Shown one piece after another: positions 17,340 to 26,531 of a stretch of 64,000 bases of DNA. A model generated the notes under the pieces. It made no database searches and was not told the origin of the DNA. It saw only the letters and a list, made by a program, of their open reading frames with translations. Source of the stretch: Candidatus Spechtbacterales bacterium (GTDB lineage Bacteria > Patescibacteriota > Minisyncoccia > Spechtbacterales > 2-12-FULL-38-22); NCBI GenBank assembly GCA_040902285.1, contig JBBDXP010000007.1:1042-65041 (forward strand), written 5' to 3'. The translations under genes and the position numbers were made by a program. The number at the start of each line of letters is the position of its first letter. The stretch's first letter is position 1.

Positions 17340-19172
17340 TTATTCAACTGTAACTGATTTTGCCAAATTTCTTGGTTTATCAACATTTAATCCTCTAAAT
17401 ACTCCGACATAATAAGCGAAAAGCTGGAGCGGAATAACAGAAATAATCGGAGTTAGCATTTCCAATGTCTTTGGGATATATATTACATCTTTACTCAAGT
17501 GTCCAACGGATTTGTTGCCGCGGGTTGTTACAGCGATAATGGGCCCGCTTCTCGCTTTTAGTTCTTCGATATTGGATACCATTTTTTCATACACGCTGTC
17601 TTTGGGCATAATTGCCATAGTCGGAAAACTTTCTTCTATAAGAGCAATGGGGCCATGCTTCATTTCGCCCCCGGCATAACCTTCGGCATGCATGTATGAT
17701 ATTTCTTTTACCTTAAGCGCGCCTTCAAGAGCTATCGGATAGTTGTATTTTCTTCCAAGATAAAGCATGTTCGGATAATTTTTGTACTTGCGGGCAAACT
17801 TTTTTATTTTTTCTTTTTCGGCAAGAACGCTCTCCACTAATTTGGGTAATTTTTCTATTTCTTCAACTATTCTTTTTCCCATAGTGTGCGACATTTGCCT
17901 TTGCCTGCCCAAAAACACGGTTAACATCGCGAGTGCCGTAAGCTGGGATGTAAGCGCCTTGGTGGAAGCAACTCCGATCTCGGGTCCGGCGTGGTTGTAA
18001 ACTCCCGCGTCCGTTTCTCTGGCAATGGTGGATCCTACAACATTAACTATGCCGAGCGTTAAAACACCCCTGTTTTTTGCTTCTTTTAGGGGAGCTATTG
18101 TATCTGCTGTCTCCCCTGACTGCGATATGCAAATAACGGCGCTGTCTTTTTTGTCAAAAATCGGCTTTCTGTATCTGAATTCCGAACCCAGTTCAACTTC
18201 GGTAGGTATTCCGGCATATTCTTCAAGCATGTATTTTCCCACCATGCCCGCATAGTAAGCTGTGCCGCAAGCTATTATGTGCAGTTTTTTGATTTGTTTT
18301 AATTTTTCCTGCACAAGCTCCAAACCGCCTAATTTCACATTGCCGTCCCGCAAAATCAATCTGCCTCTGAATGTCTCGCGAATAGAGGACGGTTGTTCCA
18401 TTATTTCTTTGAGCATAAAATGCGGATATCCCCCTTTTTGGGCTTCTTCCAAATTCCATTCAATTTCTTCCACTTCGGGTTCTTTAAAAGTATTTTTGTT
18501 CAAAATATGCATTTCGTCCGCATTTAGTTTGGCTATCTCGCCGTCTTCCAAATAAACCACCTTTTTTGTGTGAGCCAATATTCCCGCCGGATCGCTTGCC
18601 ACAAAATGCCCGTCTTTTGCCACTCCTATTAAGAGCGGGCTTCCAAGCCGCGCAGCTATAAGTTCTCCAGGCGCCTTGGACGAGATTACAGCAATACCGT
18701 ATGTTCCCGTAACTCTCGCCAAACTGACTTTAACCGCGTTAAATAAATCACCCTTAAAGTTGTGTTCTATCAAATGTACCAGTACTTCCGTATCGGTTTC
18801 GGACTTAAAAGAATGCCCTTTGTTTTTTAGCCAATCTCTTAATTGCAAATAATTCTCTATGATACCGTTGTGTGCAAGATAAAAATTTCCCGTGCAATCG
18901 GCGTGAGGATGAGCATTTTTTTGAATCGGAGCCCCATGTGTCGCCCAGCGCGTATGATATATAAAAGGCGAACCTTCAAGTTTTTTTGCATTTAATTTAT
19001 TTTCAAGAAATGAGATCCTGCCCACCGCTTTATTTGCCGTAATTTTTTTAGTTTTAGAATTATAGTACGCCATTCCAGCGGAATCATATCCCCTGTATTC
19101 AAGGCGCTTTAAAGCATCCAAGCCGATCCTTGGGTCGTTTTTATGCCCCACATAGCCGATTATTCCACACAT
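17340..19172 (-). CDS. glmS: Glutamine-fructose-6-phosphate transaminase
   Basis: MCGIIG, EYRGYDSAG, HTRWATHG, SQSGETAD, KPRNLAKSVTVE. Confidence 0.98.
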   Translation of the reverse strand: MCGIIGYVGHKNDPRIGLDALKRLEYRGYDSAGMAYYNSKTKKITANKAVGRISFLENKLNAKKLEGSPFIYHTRWATHGAPIQKNAHPHADCTGNFYLAHNGIIENYLQLRDWLKNKGHSFKSETDTEVLVHLIEHNFKGDLFNAVKVSLARVTGTYGIAVISSKAPGELIAARLGSPLLIGVAKDGHFVASDPAGILAHTKKVVYLEDGEIAKLNADEMHILNKNTFKEPEVEEIEWNLEEAQKGGYPHFMLKEIMEQPSSIRETFRGRLILRDGNVKLGGLELVQEKLKQIKKLHIIACGTAYYAGMVGKYMLEEYAGIPTEVELGSEFRYRKPIFDKKDSAVICISQSGETADTIAPLKEAKNRGVLTLGIVNVVGSTIARETDAGVYNHAGPEIGVASTKALTSQLTALAMLTVFLGRQRQMSHTMGKRIVEEIEKLPKLVESVLAEKEKIKKFARKYKNYPNMLYLGRKYNYPIALEGALKVKEISYMHAEGYAGGEMKHGPIALIEESFPTMAIMPKDSVYEKMVSNIEELKARSGPIIAVTTRGNKSVGHLSKDVIYIPKTLEMLTPIISVIPLQLFAYYVGVFRGLNVDKPRNLAKSVTVE

Positions 19173-19223
19173 ATATTTAATCTAACATCATTATCTAAAA
19201 ATACAACAAAAACGTAAATAGGA

Positions 19224-21683
19224 TTAGATAACCAGATTAACGACTTTGTTTTTGACCGCTATAGTTTTTTTAGGTTTTTTATCTCCCAAAATTTCCTTTA
19301 TTCTTTCGCTTTCCAAAGCGCTTTTAATTAAACGGCCTTCTTCCGTGTTGTTTTCCACTTCGATTTGAGCCCGTAGTTTTCCATTAATCTGCACGGGCAC
19401 GGTTATAATTTCCTGCTTCGTAATTTTTGCGTCAAACTCAGGCCAGACAGCATCGTGCACGCTTCCTTTTTGGCCTAAGCGTTCCCATAGTTCCTCTGTA
19501 ATATGCGGAGCGAAAGGCGCCAGCAAAACAAGCAGAGTTTCTATATCTTCGGGCGAGTGTTCATTTTCATAAAGCGCGTTCACATATGCCATCATAGCGG
19601 CAATAGCGGTGTTGTAATGCAAGCGTTCAATATCTTCCGTTACTTTTTTTATTGTCTGATGTTTTATCTTTTGTAAATTCTGTTTTGAGTTTGTCTCTTG
19701 CCTGCCTGCCGAAGCCTCTGCGGAGGCAGGTTGCTTGCCTGCCTGCCCCGTACTGGACTTGTCCTGGTACGGGGTTGTTTGTCTCTGAACGAGCCCCCAT
19801 ACTCTTCCTAAAAATCTATGAACTCCGCGTATGCCTTCGTCCTGCCAATCTCCCCCTTCGGCTAAAGGACTTAAAAACATAAGGTATGTGCGAAGAGTAT
19901 CGGCGCCAAATGCTTCAAAAAGCTCATCGGGATTCACAATATTTCCTTTAGATTTGCTTATTTTTGACCCTTCTTTTACCAGAAGGCCATGCGCCCTAAA
20001 TTTCTTAAAGGGCTCTTCGAAATTAAGAAGTTTTTGATCGCGCATAAACATAGTTATAAAGCGTGCATACATTAAATGAAGCACGGCATGTTCCTGGCCT
20101 CCAATATACATATCCACCGGCAGCCATCTTTCGGTTATTTTTTTATCCCATGCTATATTTTTTTCTCCGGAACTGGGATAGCGCAAAAAATACCATGAAG
20201 AATCCAGAAAAGTGTCCGAAACATCCGTTTCTCTTTTTGCCCTGCCCGCGCACTTGGGGCATTTTACATTTACAAATTCTTCAACGGCGGCAAGCGGAGA
20301 TTTATCGGTGCCTGTCGGCTGGAAATTTTCCACATAAGGCAGCAGCACGGGCAAATCCTTTTCGGCTACGGGTACCGTGCCGCAATTGTCGCAATATATT
20401 ATGGGTATTGGAGGCCCCCAATAGCGTTGGCGCGATATGAGCCAATCACGCAAATGATAGTTTACCTGAGGAATACCGCCTACGCTTTTTCCAATTTTTT
20501 CCCTAGCTTCTGATGAGGATATGCCATTGAATTTTTCCGAACCAACCAGATGGCCTTCTCCTTCATACGCTTTTTCCAAGACCGGGCATATTTTTTCCGG
20601 ATAATTCTGGCATATTACCTGTTTTGAAGGCAAGCCGTATTTTTTCGCAAATTCAAAATCTCTCTGGTCATGCGCGGGAACCGCCATTACAGCACCTGTT
20701 CCATATTCAGCTACAACATAATCCGATATCCAAACCGGTATTTCTTCTTTATTGGCGGGATTTATGGCGCTGATACCCTTCAGCTCAATCCCCGTTTTTT
20801 CATTGTTCTTGGTCTGTTTTTTGCTTTCGGATTTGTTTATATATGTTTCAATCTCTTTTTTATTGGTGATTGGTAATTGGGAAATTAGTTCATGTTTTGG
20901 GGACAACACAATATATGTCGCTCCGAACAAAGTATCCGCTCGTGTTGTGAAGATTTCGATTGAAAATTGAGAATTGAAAATTGGAAATTTTATACGGTAC
21001 CCCGTGCTTTTGCCTATCCAGTTGCGTTGCGCGATCTTTGTGTGTTCGGACCAGTCAATATTTTTAAGATTTTCCAATAATCTGTCCGCATAATCGGTTA
21101 TTTTTAAAAACCATTGGTTTAAATTTTTGCTTTCAACAACCGAATCGCATCTTTCACATCTTCCCGATATCACCTGCTCGTTAGCGAGAACGGTTTTACA
21201 ACTCGGGCACCACTGAACGGGAGCTTCTTTTTTGTACGCAAGACCTGCTTCGTAGAATTTTAAAAAAATCCACTGGGTCCACTTATAATATTCCGGATCA
21301 GTGGTGTTTATTATGTTATCCCAGGAATAGATGTTCCCGATGTATTCCAATTGTCTTCGAAAATTATCCGTACTTTTCTTTATTAGTTCCCTTGGGTGTA
21401 TGCCTTTTTTTAGAGCAAAATTTTCGGAATGAATCCCGAACGCGTCAAATCCTATTGGTTCAAAAACATCGTATCCTTTCTGCCGCATATAGCGTCCGTG
21501 TATATCCGAACCCACAAACGCGTAAAGATTGCCTATATGCAAGCCCTCCGCCGAAGGATAGGGAAACATCATTAGGTTATAATAGGGCTTTTTGTCCCCT
21601 TTTATATCAACCTGCCACCTCGCGTCGCGTATCCATTTTTCCCGCCACTTTTTCTCTATTTTTTGCGGATTATATTGTTCCAT
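19224..21683 (-). CDS. leuS: Leucyl-tRNA synthetase
   Basis: MFPYPSAEGLHIGN, TTRADTLFG (CP1 editing domain), DWLISRQRYWG, KISKS. Confidence 0.97.
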   Translation of the reverse strand: MEQYNPQKIEKKWREKWIRDARWQVDIKGDKKPYYNLMMFPYPSAEGLHIGNLYAFVGSDIHGRYMRQKGYDVFEPIGFDAFGIHSENFALKKGIHPRELIKKSTDNFRRQLEYIGNIYSWDNIINTTDPEYYKWTQWIFLKFYEAGLAYKKEAPVQWCPSCKTVLANEQVISGRCERCDSVVESKNLNQWFLKITDYADRLLENLKNIDWSEHTKIAQRNWIGKSTGYRIKFPIFNSQFSIEIFTTRADTLFGATYIVLSPKHELISQLPITNKKEIETYINKSESKKQTKNNEKTGIELKGISAINPANKEEIPVWISDYVVAEYGTGAVMAVPAHDQRDFEFAKKYGLPSKQVICQNYPEKICPVLEKAYEGEGHLVGSEKFNGISSSEAREKIGKSVGGIPQVNYHLRDWLISRQRYWGPPIPIIYCDNCGTVPVAEKDLPVLLPYVENFQPTGTDKSPLAAVEEFVNVKCPKCAGRAKRETDVSDTFLDSSWYFLRYPSSGEKNIAWDKKITERWLPVDMYIGGQEHAVLHLMYARFITMFMRDQKLLNFEEPFKKFRAHGLLVKEGSKISKSKGNIVNPDELFEAFGADTLRTYLMFLSPLAEGGDWQDEGIRGVHRFLGRVWGLVQRQTTPYQDKSSTGQAGKQPASAEASAGRQETNSKQNLQKIKHQTIKKVTEDIERLHYNTAIAAMMAYVNALYENEHSPEDIETLLVLLAPFAPHITEELWERLGQKGSVHDAVWPEFDAKITKQEIITVPVQINGKLRAQIEVENNTEEGRLIKSALESERIKEILGDKKPKKTIAVKNKVVNLVI
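19701..19774. mobile_element. Two palindromic inserts translated within leuS
   Basis: CCTGCCTGCCGAAGCCTCTGCGGAGGCAGG (19701-19730) and CCTGCCTG+CCCCGTACTGGACTTGTCCTGGTACGGGG (19738-19774), each following CTTG. Confidence 0.85.
20862..20882. repeat. 7-mer array in leuS
   Basis: ATTGGTG ATTGGTA ATTGGGA (encodes SQLPITN). Confidence 0.7.
20959..20989. repeat. 7-mer array in leuS
   Basis: ATTGAAA ATTGAGA ATTGAAA ATTGGAA ATT (encodes FPIFNSQFSI). Confidence 0.85.
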
Positions 21684-21801
21684 CCCGTACGAAACAGGTC
21701 GCGGCCGCTATTAATAAAATAATGGCCAAACCTGGAATTTATAATTTATAATATTTTATTTTGTTCTGCCCCGTAAACCGTGACCGCTGTTTCGTACGGG
21801 A
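21683..21801. mobile_element. MITE-like element with 15-bp perfect TIRs and 3-bp direct repeat
   Basis: TCCCGTACGAAACAG...CTGTTTCGTACGGGA, flanked by CCA at 21680-21682 and 21802-21804. Confidence 0.85.
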
Positions 21802-21810
21802 CCATATTAA

Positions 21811-22668
21811 CTATTCTACACTAAAATCCACCCCAAAAACTCTTTTCGAATTTTCAGTAGTTTGTTTTTCAATCTCCTGAAGGGCAATTCCTTTTAATTC
21901 AGCAACTCTTCGGGCTATATATTTTATGTTAACCGGTTCATTTCGCAAATCTCCAGCTTCCGGCGGGGTTAAATAGGGAGAGTCCGTTTCAAGTAGCATT
22001 CTTTCAAGCGGGACGGCCTTTACCGCATCGGCCATCAAATCCAGCTTAAAAACAAGACCGTTTATTCCTATGCAGTAGCCCATCTTTAAAAATTTATTTA
22101 ATTGTTTAACGCTTCCGGTGTAAGAATGTATAACCCCCGGTCCTCCGGCTGGCGGATTATTTGTGATGGGGTGTTCCGCCAACAATCTCAACATATCCTT
22201 GTGAGCGACTCTGCAATGCAAAATAACCGGTTTTTTTAATTCCAACGCTAAATCAAGCTGCATTTTTAATGTTTCTATTTGTTTTTGAGCATAAATGCTC
22301 CCTTCTTCTTTGTTTTTGGGACGGTTCCAATAATCAAGACCCACTTCGCCCACGGCCACTGTTTGTGGAGATTTTGCCAATTCAAAATATTTATCTTTGT
22401 TAAACTCTTCTTTATAAAACGCCTGTGTTGTTTTTGTTTCGGAGCTGTCCGCTTCTCCGCTCTCTAAGTGTATGGGGTGCAATCCGACAGCGGCCCAGAC
22501 GCGGCCGTCATTTAATTTTTCGGACAATTCCACTCCTTTTTTAGAACTCTCATATTGAGTGCCGGGCATTATAATGCCCATGTCGGAATTTAACGCGCTT
22601 TTAAGCACATCGGTAAAATCAGCTTCGAAGGCACTAAAATTCAAATGTGCGTGAGTGTCAATAAACAT
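21811..22668 (-). CDS. tatD: TatD family nuclease
   Basis: IDTHAHL, GLHP, GEVGLDY, ILHCR, LLETDSPYL. Confidence 0.95.
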   Translation of the reverse strand: MFIDTHAHLNFSAFEADFTDVLKSALNSDMGIIMPGTQYESSKKGVELSEKLNDGRVWAAVGLHPIHLESGEADSSETKTTQAFYKEEFNKDKYFELAKSPQTVAVGEVGLDYWNRPKNKEEGSIYAQKQIETLKMQLDLALELKKPVILHCRVAHKDMLRLLAEHPITNNPPAGGPGVIHSYTGSVKQLNKFLKMGYCIGINGLVFKLDLMADAVKAVPLERMLLETDSPYLTPPEAGDLRNEPVNIKYIARRVAELKGIALQEIEKQTTENSKRVFGVDFSVE

Positions 22669-22735
22669 AATATGTTTTTAACATGCAGTTGAACAAAATA
22701 CAAAGGCCCCCGATTTATATCAGGGGCCGAATGAC

Positions 22736-23218
22736 CTACTGTGGACAGTGCTTGTCTACGGCGATGAACCAGCAAAGCGGGCCCCACTTGCCGGTGTGGC
22801 TTTGGGCCAGGCTAATCCTGCGTACGGCAAAGCTGTTGTAGGCGCTGACCGTATGGGGGGGCAGTACGGATCCCAGCATCACTACAGGCACCTCTGTCCT
22901 AAGTTCCGGATACGCGGCGACAAGTTCAAGATATTCATGTATCGTTCCAGGCCTAAGCCCCGTCTCATTCAGCGCGCCTCTGGCCTCGTCTGTAGAAATT
23001 TCCCGATCGAACCGCACCAGGCGTACTGACCGGCGCTGCTCCCAGGGGGAATGACAACTACAAATAGGTGCTCTCGCCATATTATAATCGTTAATCATGG
23101 GTTCAACTTCCGACAAATCGTACTCGGCCCTTGAAAGAAGTTCGGGCAAAGTTGCCAGGAAACCAATTTTTACCTGTCTCGACACGCTGTCCAGCGCGCT
23201 GATTACAGAATCTCTCAC
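22736..23218 (-). CDS. Hypothetical protein, GC-richer than its neighbours, possible C-type-lectin-like C-terminus
   Basis: GTG start 5 nt after AGGAGG; promoter TTGCCT-17-TAGAGT; hairpin terminator near 22704-22729; motif GLRPGTIHEYL..YPELR..PVVMLGS..WFIAV. Confidence 0.7.
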   Translation of the reverse strand: MRDSVISALDSVSRQVKIGFLATLPELLSRAEYDLSEVEPMINDYNMARAPICSCHSPWEQRRSVRLVRFDREISTDEARGALNETGLRPGTIHEYLELVAAYPELRTEVPVVMLGSVLPPHTVSAYNSFAVRRISLAQSHTGKWGPLCWFIAVDKHCPQ

Positions 23219-23301
23219 GGTGTCCTCCTGTGTAAGATTTAAAGAACAGCAGTTTACACTGCGCATACTCTATCACACTTATTTGAATTAGGCAAGATTA
23301 A

Positions 23302-24786
23302 TTACTGTAATCTTGGGAAAAGAGATTCTCCCTTTTTCATTTTGAATTTCCAGTTATCTTTTGAGTTAGATTTAATACCCAATTGCCGGAATATTTTTTC
23401 CGAACTGGCGGGAATTGCAGGATAAAGCATCCAGGCAACATTGGCCAGAATGGTTGCGACATCGCTAAGTTCCGCTTCAAACTTTTTATTGTCGTTTTGC
23501 GCAAGCTCCCACAATTTAACGTCGTTTATCCTTTTGTCTCCGTAACTCATAAGAGAATATGCCTCTCTTATGGCATCCGAGAATTTCATTTCTTCCATAT
23601 TTTTTGAATATGTTTTCCAAGATTTTTCAATTTTTGTTTTAGTTGCCGCGTTTGTAATGCTTTTTAAGGGCTTTTTCAGGTGTCTTTCGCCCAAACCGAC
23701 AATTCTTGCCATAAAATTACCTAATCCCGAGGCCAAATCCCCGTTATATCTTGCTTCGAACTTTTCTTTAGAAAAGTCCCCGTCGCGAGTCGGCATAATT
23801 TCAGTTAAAAGATAGTGTCTAAAAGCATCAACGCCGTATTCATTCACAATATCTACAGGAGCGATTATATTTCCTAAGGATTTAGACATTTTTTTGCCGT
23901 CAACATTTATAAAACCATGCACAAATAGTTTCTTGGGCAAAGGCAGACCCAAACTTAAAAGCATCCCCGGCCAAATAGCGGCATGAAAGCGCAATATGTC
24001 TTTCCCTATCACATGCACATCCGCCGGCCAATATTTTTTAAATTTTCCGCTGTCTTTTTCCCCCCAACCCAACGCGGAAATATAATTCGTAAGAGCGTCG
24101 GCCCAAACATAAATGGTCTGAGTTTTATCTCCCGGCACCGGTATTCCCCATTTTAAATCCTTCCTCGGGCGCGAAAAACTAACATCCTCCAGACCCCCCT
24201 CCAAAAGGCGCAGTATCTCATTTTCTCTTTCTTTGGGAGTTATCTTCATTTCGCCCTTTTTTATGCTCGCCTTTATTTGTTTTGTATATTTTGAGAGTTT
24301 AAAAAAATAATTTTCTTCCTCTATTTGTTCCGGTTTTTGTCCGTGCATTTCGCATTCTCCGTTTTTATTAAGATCTTTGGTCGTCACAAATGCTTCGTGA
24401 CCGTAGCAGTAAAGCCCTTTATATTTATTTTTATAAAGGTCGCCGTTTTTTTCCAAAACGCGCCATACTCTTTTTACAACAGGCCAATGGCGCGTTTTAT
24501 TGGTAGTACGGATAAAATAATCGTAAGAGATATCCATGTCTCTCCATAAATTTTCGAATGCTTCCGCGTTTTTGTTCGTAAATTCGACTACGGACTTTTG
24601 CGCGTCTTTTGCCGCCTTTGCGTTTTTTGCCCCGTGTTCATCCGTTCCAGTCAGGAAAAAAACATCAAATCCGCCAAGACGTTTATACCTTGCCGTTATG
24701 TCCGCCTGCACTTTTTCCAAGACATGCCCAAGATGAGGTTTTCCGTTAACATAATCTATGGCTGTTGTTATATAAAACTTTTGCAT
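23302..24786 (-). CDS. metG: Methionyl-tRNA synthetase (short form)
   Basis: ITTAIDYVNGKPHLGH, TGTDEHG, YVWADAL, KMSKSLGN. Confidence 0.97.
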   Translation of the reverse strand: MQKFYITTAIDYVNGKPHLGHVLEKVQADITARYKRLGGFDVFFLTGTDEHGAKNAKAAKDAQKSVVEFTNKNAEAFENLWRDMDISYDYFIRTTNKTRHWPVVKRVWRVLEKNGDLYKNKYKGLYCYGHEAFVTTKDLNKNGECEMHGQKPEQIEEENYFFKLSKYTKQIKASIKKGEMKITPKERENEILRLLEGGLEDVSFSRPRKDLKWGIPVPGDKTQTIYVWADALTNYISALGWGEKDSGKFKKYWPADVHVIGKDILRFHAAIWPGMLLSLGLPLPKKLFVHGFINVDGKKMSKSLGNIIAPVDIVNEYGVDAFRHYLLTEIMPTRDGDFSKEKFEARYNGDLASGLGNFMARIVGLGERHLKKPLKSITNAATKTKIEKSWKTYSKNMEEMKFSDAIREAYSLMSYGDKRINDVKLWELAQNDNKKFEAELSDVATILANVAWMLYPAIPASSEKIFRQLGIKSNSKDNWKFKMKKGESLFPRLQ

Positions 24787-24787
24787 G

Positions 24788-25465
24788 CTATTTTTTATTT
24801 ACAATAATAACGAATTCTCCTTTTACATTGTCTTTTTCCAATTTTTCGGCGACCTCTTCCACGGTGCCTCTATACACAGTTTCAAATTTCTTGGTTAATT
24901 CACGGGCAACCATTATTTTGCGGTCCTTTTCCAACACATCTCGCAGATCCTTTAGAGAGCGTAATATTCTGTGGACGCTTTCGTATAATATAACGGGGGT
25001 GTTGCATTCGGAAACCCTCATAAAAAATTTGGCTCTTTTATTTTTAGAAGGAGGATATCCTAAAAACAAAAATTCATTCATGGGCATCCCCGATATGCTA
25101 GCGGCCGCGGCCAACGCCGTGGGCCCGGGTATGGGGACTATGTCCACCTGTTCCGGCAATTCTTCCAAGATGCGCGCTATAAGTTCGTTCCCGGGATCGG
25201 ATATGCCGGGGGTTCCGGCATCTGTAACAAGAGCAAGGTGTTTTCCCTCTTTAATTAAGTTTATTATTTGCTCTTTTTTGGCAAGAGAAGAATGTTGGTG
25301 ATAACTGACAAGCGGTCTTTTAATCTTATAATGCGCCAAAAGCTTGCTTGTAACGCGGGTATCTTCGCAAAGAATAAAATCCACTTCCTTGAGAGTACGA
25401 AGCGCTCTTGAAGATATATCTTCAAGATTTCCTATGGGAGTCGCTACTACATACAATACGGACAT
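24788..25465 (-). CDS. rsmI: 16S rRNA C1402 2'-O-methyltransferase
   Basis: LYVVATPIGNLEDIS, CEDTR, DAGTPGISDPG, ARELTKKFE. Confidence 0.96.
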   Translation of the reverse strand: MSVLYVVATPIGNLEDISSRALRTLKEVDFILCEDTRVTSKLLAHYKIKRPLVSYHQHSSLAKKEQIINLIKEGKHLALVTDAGTPGISDPGNELIARILEELPEQVDIVPIPGPTALAAAASISGMPMNEFLFLGYPPSKNKRAKFFMRVSECNTPVILYESVHRILRSLKDLRDVLEKDRKIMVARELTKKFETVYRGTVEEVAEKLEKDNVKGEFVIIVNKK

Positions 25466-25472
25466 ATAAGAA

Positions 25473-26504
25473 TTAAAAAACCTTCCTACTTTTTAAGTCA
25501 CGAGCAAATTCGGCCAGCGCCGCAGTAAGAGGAATGGCTAATATAACCCCCCAAAACCCGGCAAGCCTTGCTCCAATGAGAACAGCCACTAAAACTGCTA
25601 CCGGACTTATGCCTATAGCGCGGGACATTACAGAAGGTATTATCAGTATTTGTTCAAGTTGTTGCAATAAAAGAAATAAAAGCACAGCCAAAAATCCAAG
25701 CGCCAATGATTCAGTAGAAGCAACCGAAAATATAAGCAATCCGGCTAAAAATGGTCCCACATACGGAACTATTTCCAAAAGGCCCGCTGCCAGCCCAAGA
25801 GTTAAAGCGAATTTGACTCCCAATAAATACATTATGGCAAAAGTGGAAACGCCCATTAGGGTAGCCAATATAAACATTGCCTGCAACCACCTACCCGTTC
25901 TTTTTTGCATACGCTTGAACAAATCGCTTACATATTCTCTGTGGCGCTCGGGAGTGATGAAAATAATAGCTTTTTCGGAATCATTTTTGCTGAGAGAAAA
26001 ATAGAATGAAAACACAATAATAAGCAAAAATGAGATTAGACCTCCGAATATAGCTGTTATAAAATTGAATAGATTTGGAATTAATTGGCCCAGCTGGTCT
26101 TGCAAGCTGACAACAAGCTGATCTAGAGCAGGGATCAAAAAGCCAAGTCCATCGAATGCTCCCGAATGTATGAATTCTTGTACGAAATTTTCATATTGCC
26201 CCGGCAAACTTTGCGACAATAAATAAATTTCGTTAAACAAACTGGGTAAAATAGCGTAAAAAACGCCCAAAAACGCGCCCAAGGAAACAAGGTATAAAAA
26301 TGGAACCGAAATTATACGGGGAATCTTTTTTCTTTCCAGCCAGTTTAGAGTCGGCTCGAGTGCTGCGGCTATTACTACCGCCATAAATAAACTGGCGACC
26401 ACCTGCCATATTTTAAGAAAAAGAAAAACCGCAACAATAAGCCCTATGGCTTTTACTATGGTTCCGGTTGTAATTTCTGTTTTAAATAATTGCATTCTTG
26501 GCAT
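25473..26504 (-). CDS. AI-2E family transporter
   Basis: Multi-TM; EIVPYVGP, QQLEQ...P.VM, GFWGVILAIP. Confidence 0.88.
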   Translation of the reverse strand: MPRMQLFKTEITTGTIVKAIGLIVAVFLFLKIWQVVASLFMAVVIAAALEPTLNWLERKKIPRIISVPFLYLVSLGAFLGVFYAILPSLFNEIYLLSQSLPGQYENFVQEFIHSGAFDGLGFLIPALDQLVVSLQDQLGQLIPNLFNFITAIFGGLISFLLIIVFSFYFSLSKNDSEKAIIFITPERHREYVSDLFKRMQKRTGRWLQAMFILATLMGVSTFAIMYLLGVKFALTLGLAAGLLEIVPYVGPFLAGLLIFSVASTESLALGFLAVLLFLLLQQLEQILIIPSVMSRAIGISPVAVLVAVLIGARLAGFWGVILAIPLTAALAEFARDLKSRKVF

Positions 26505-26531
26505 AGAAATGTGAGATTCAGTATCTTAATA

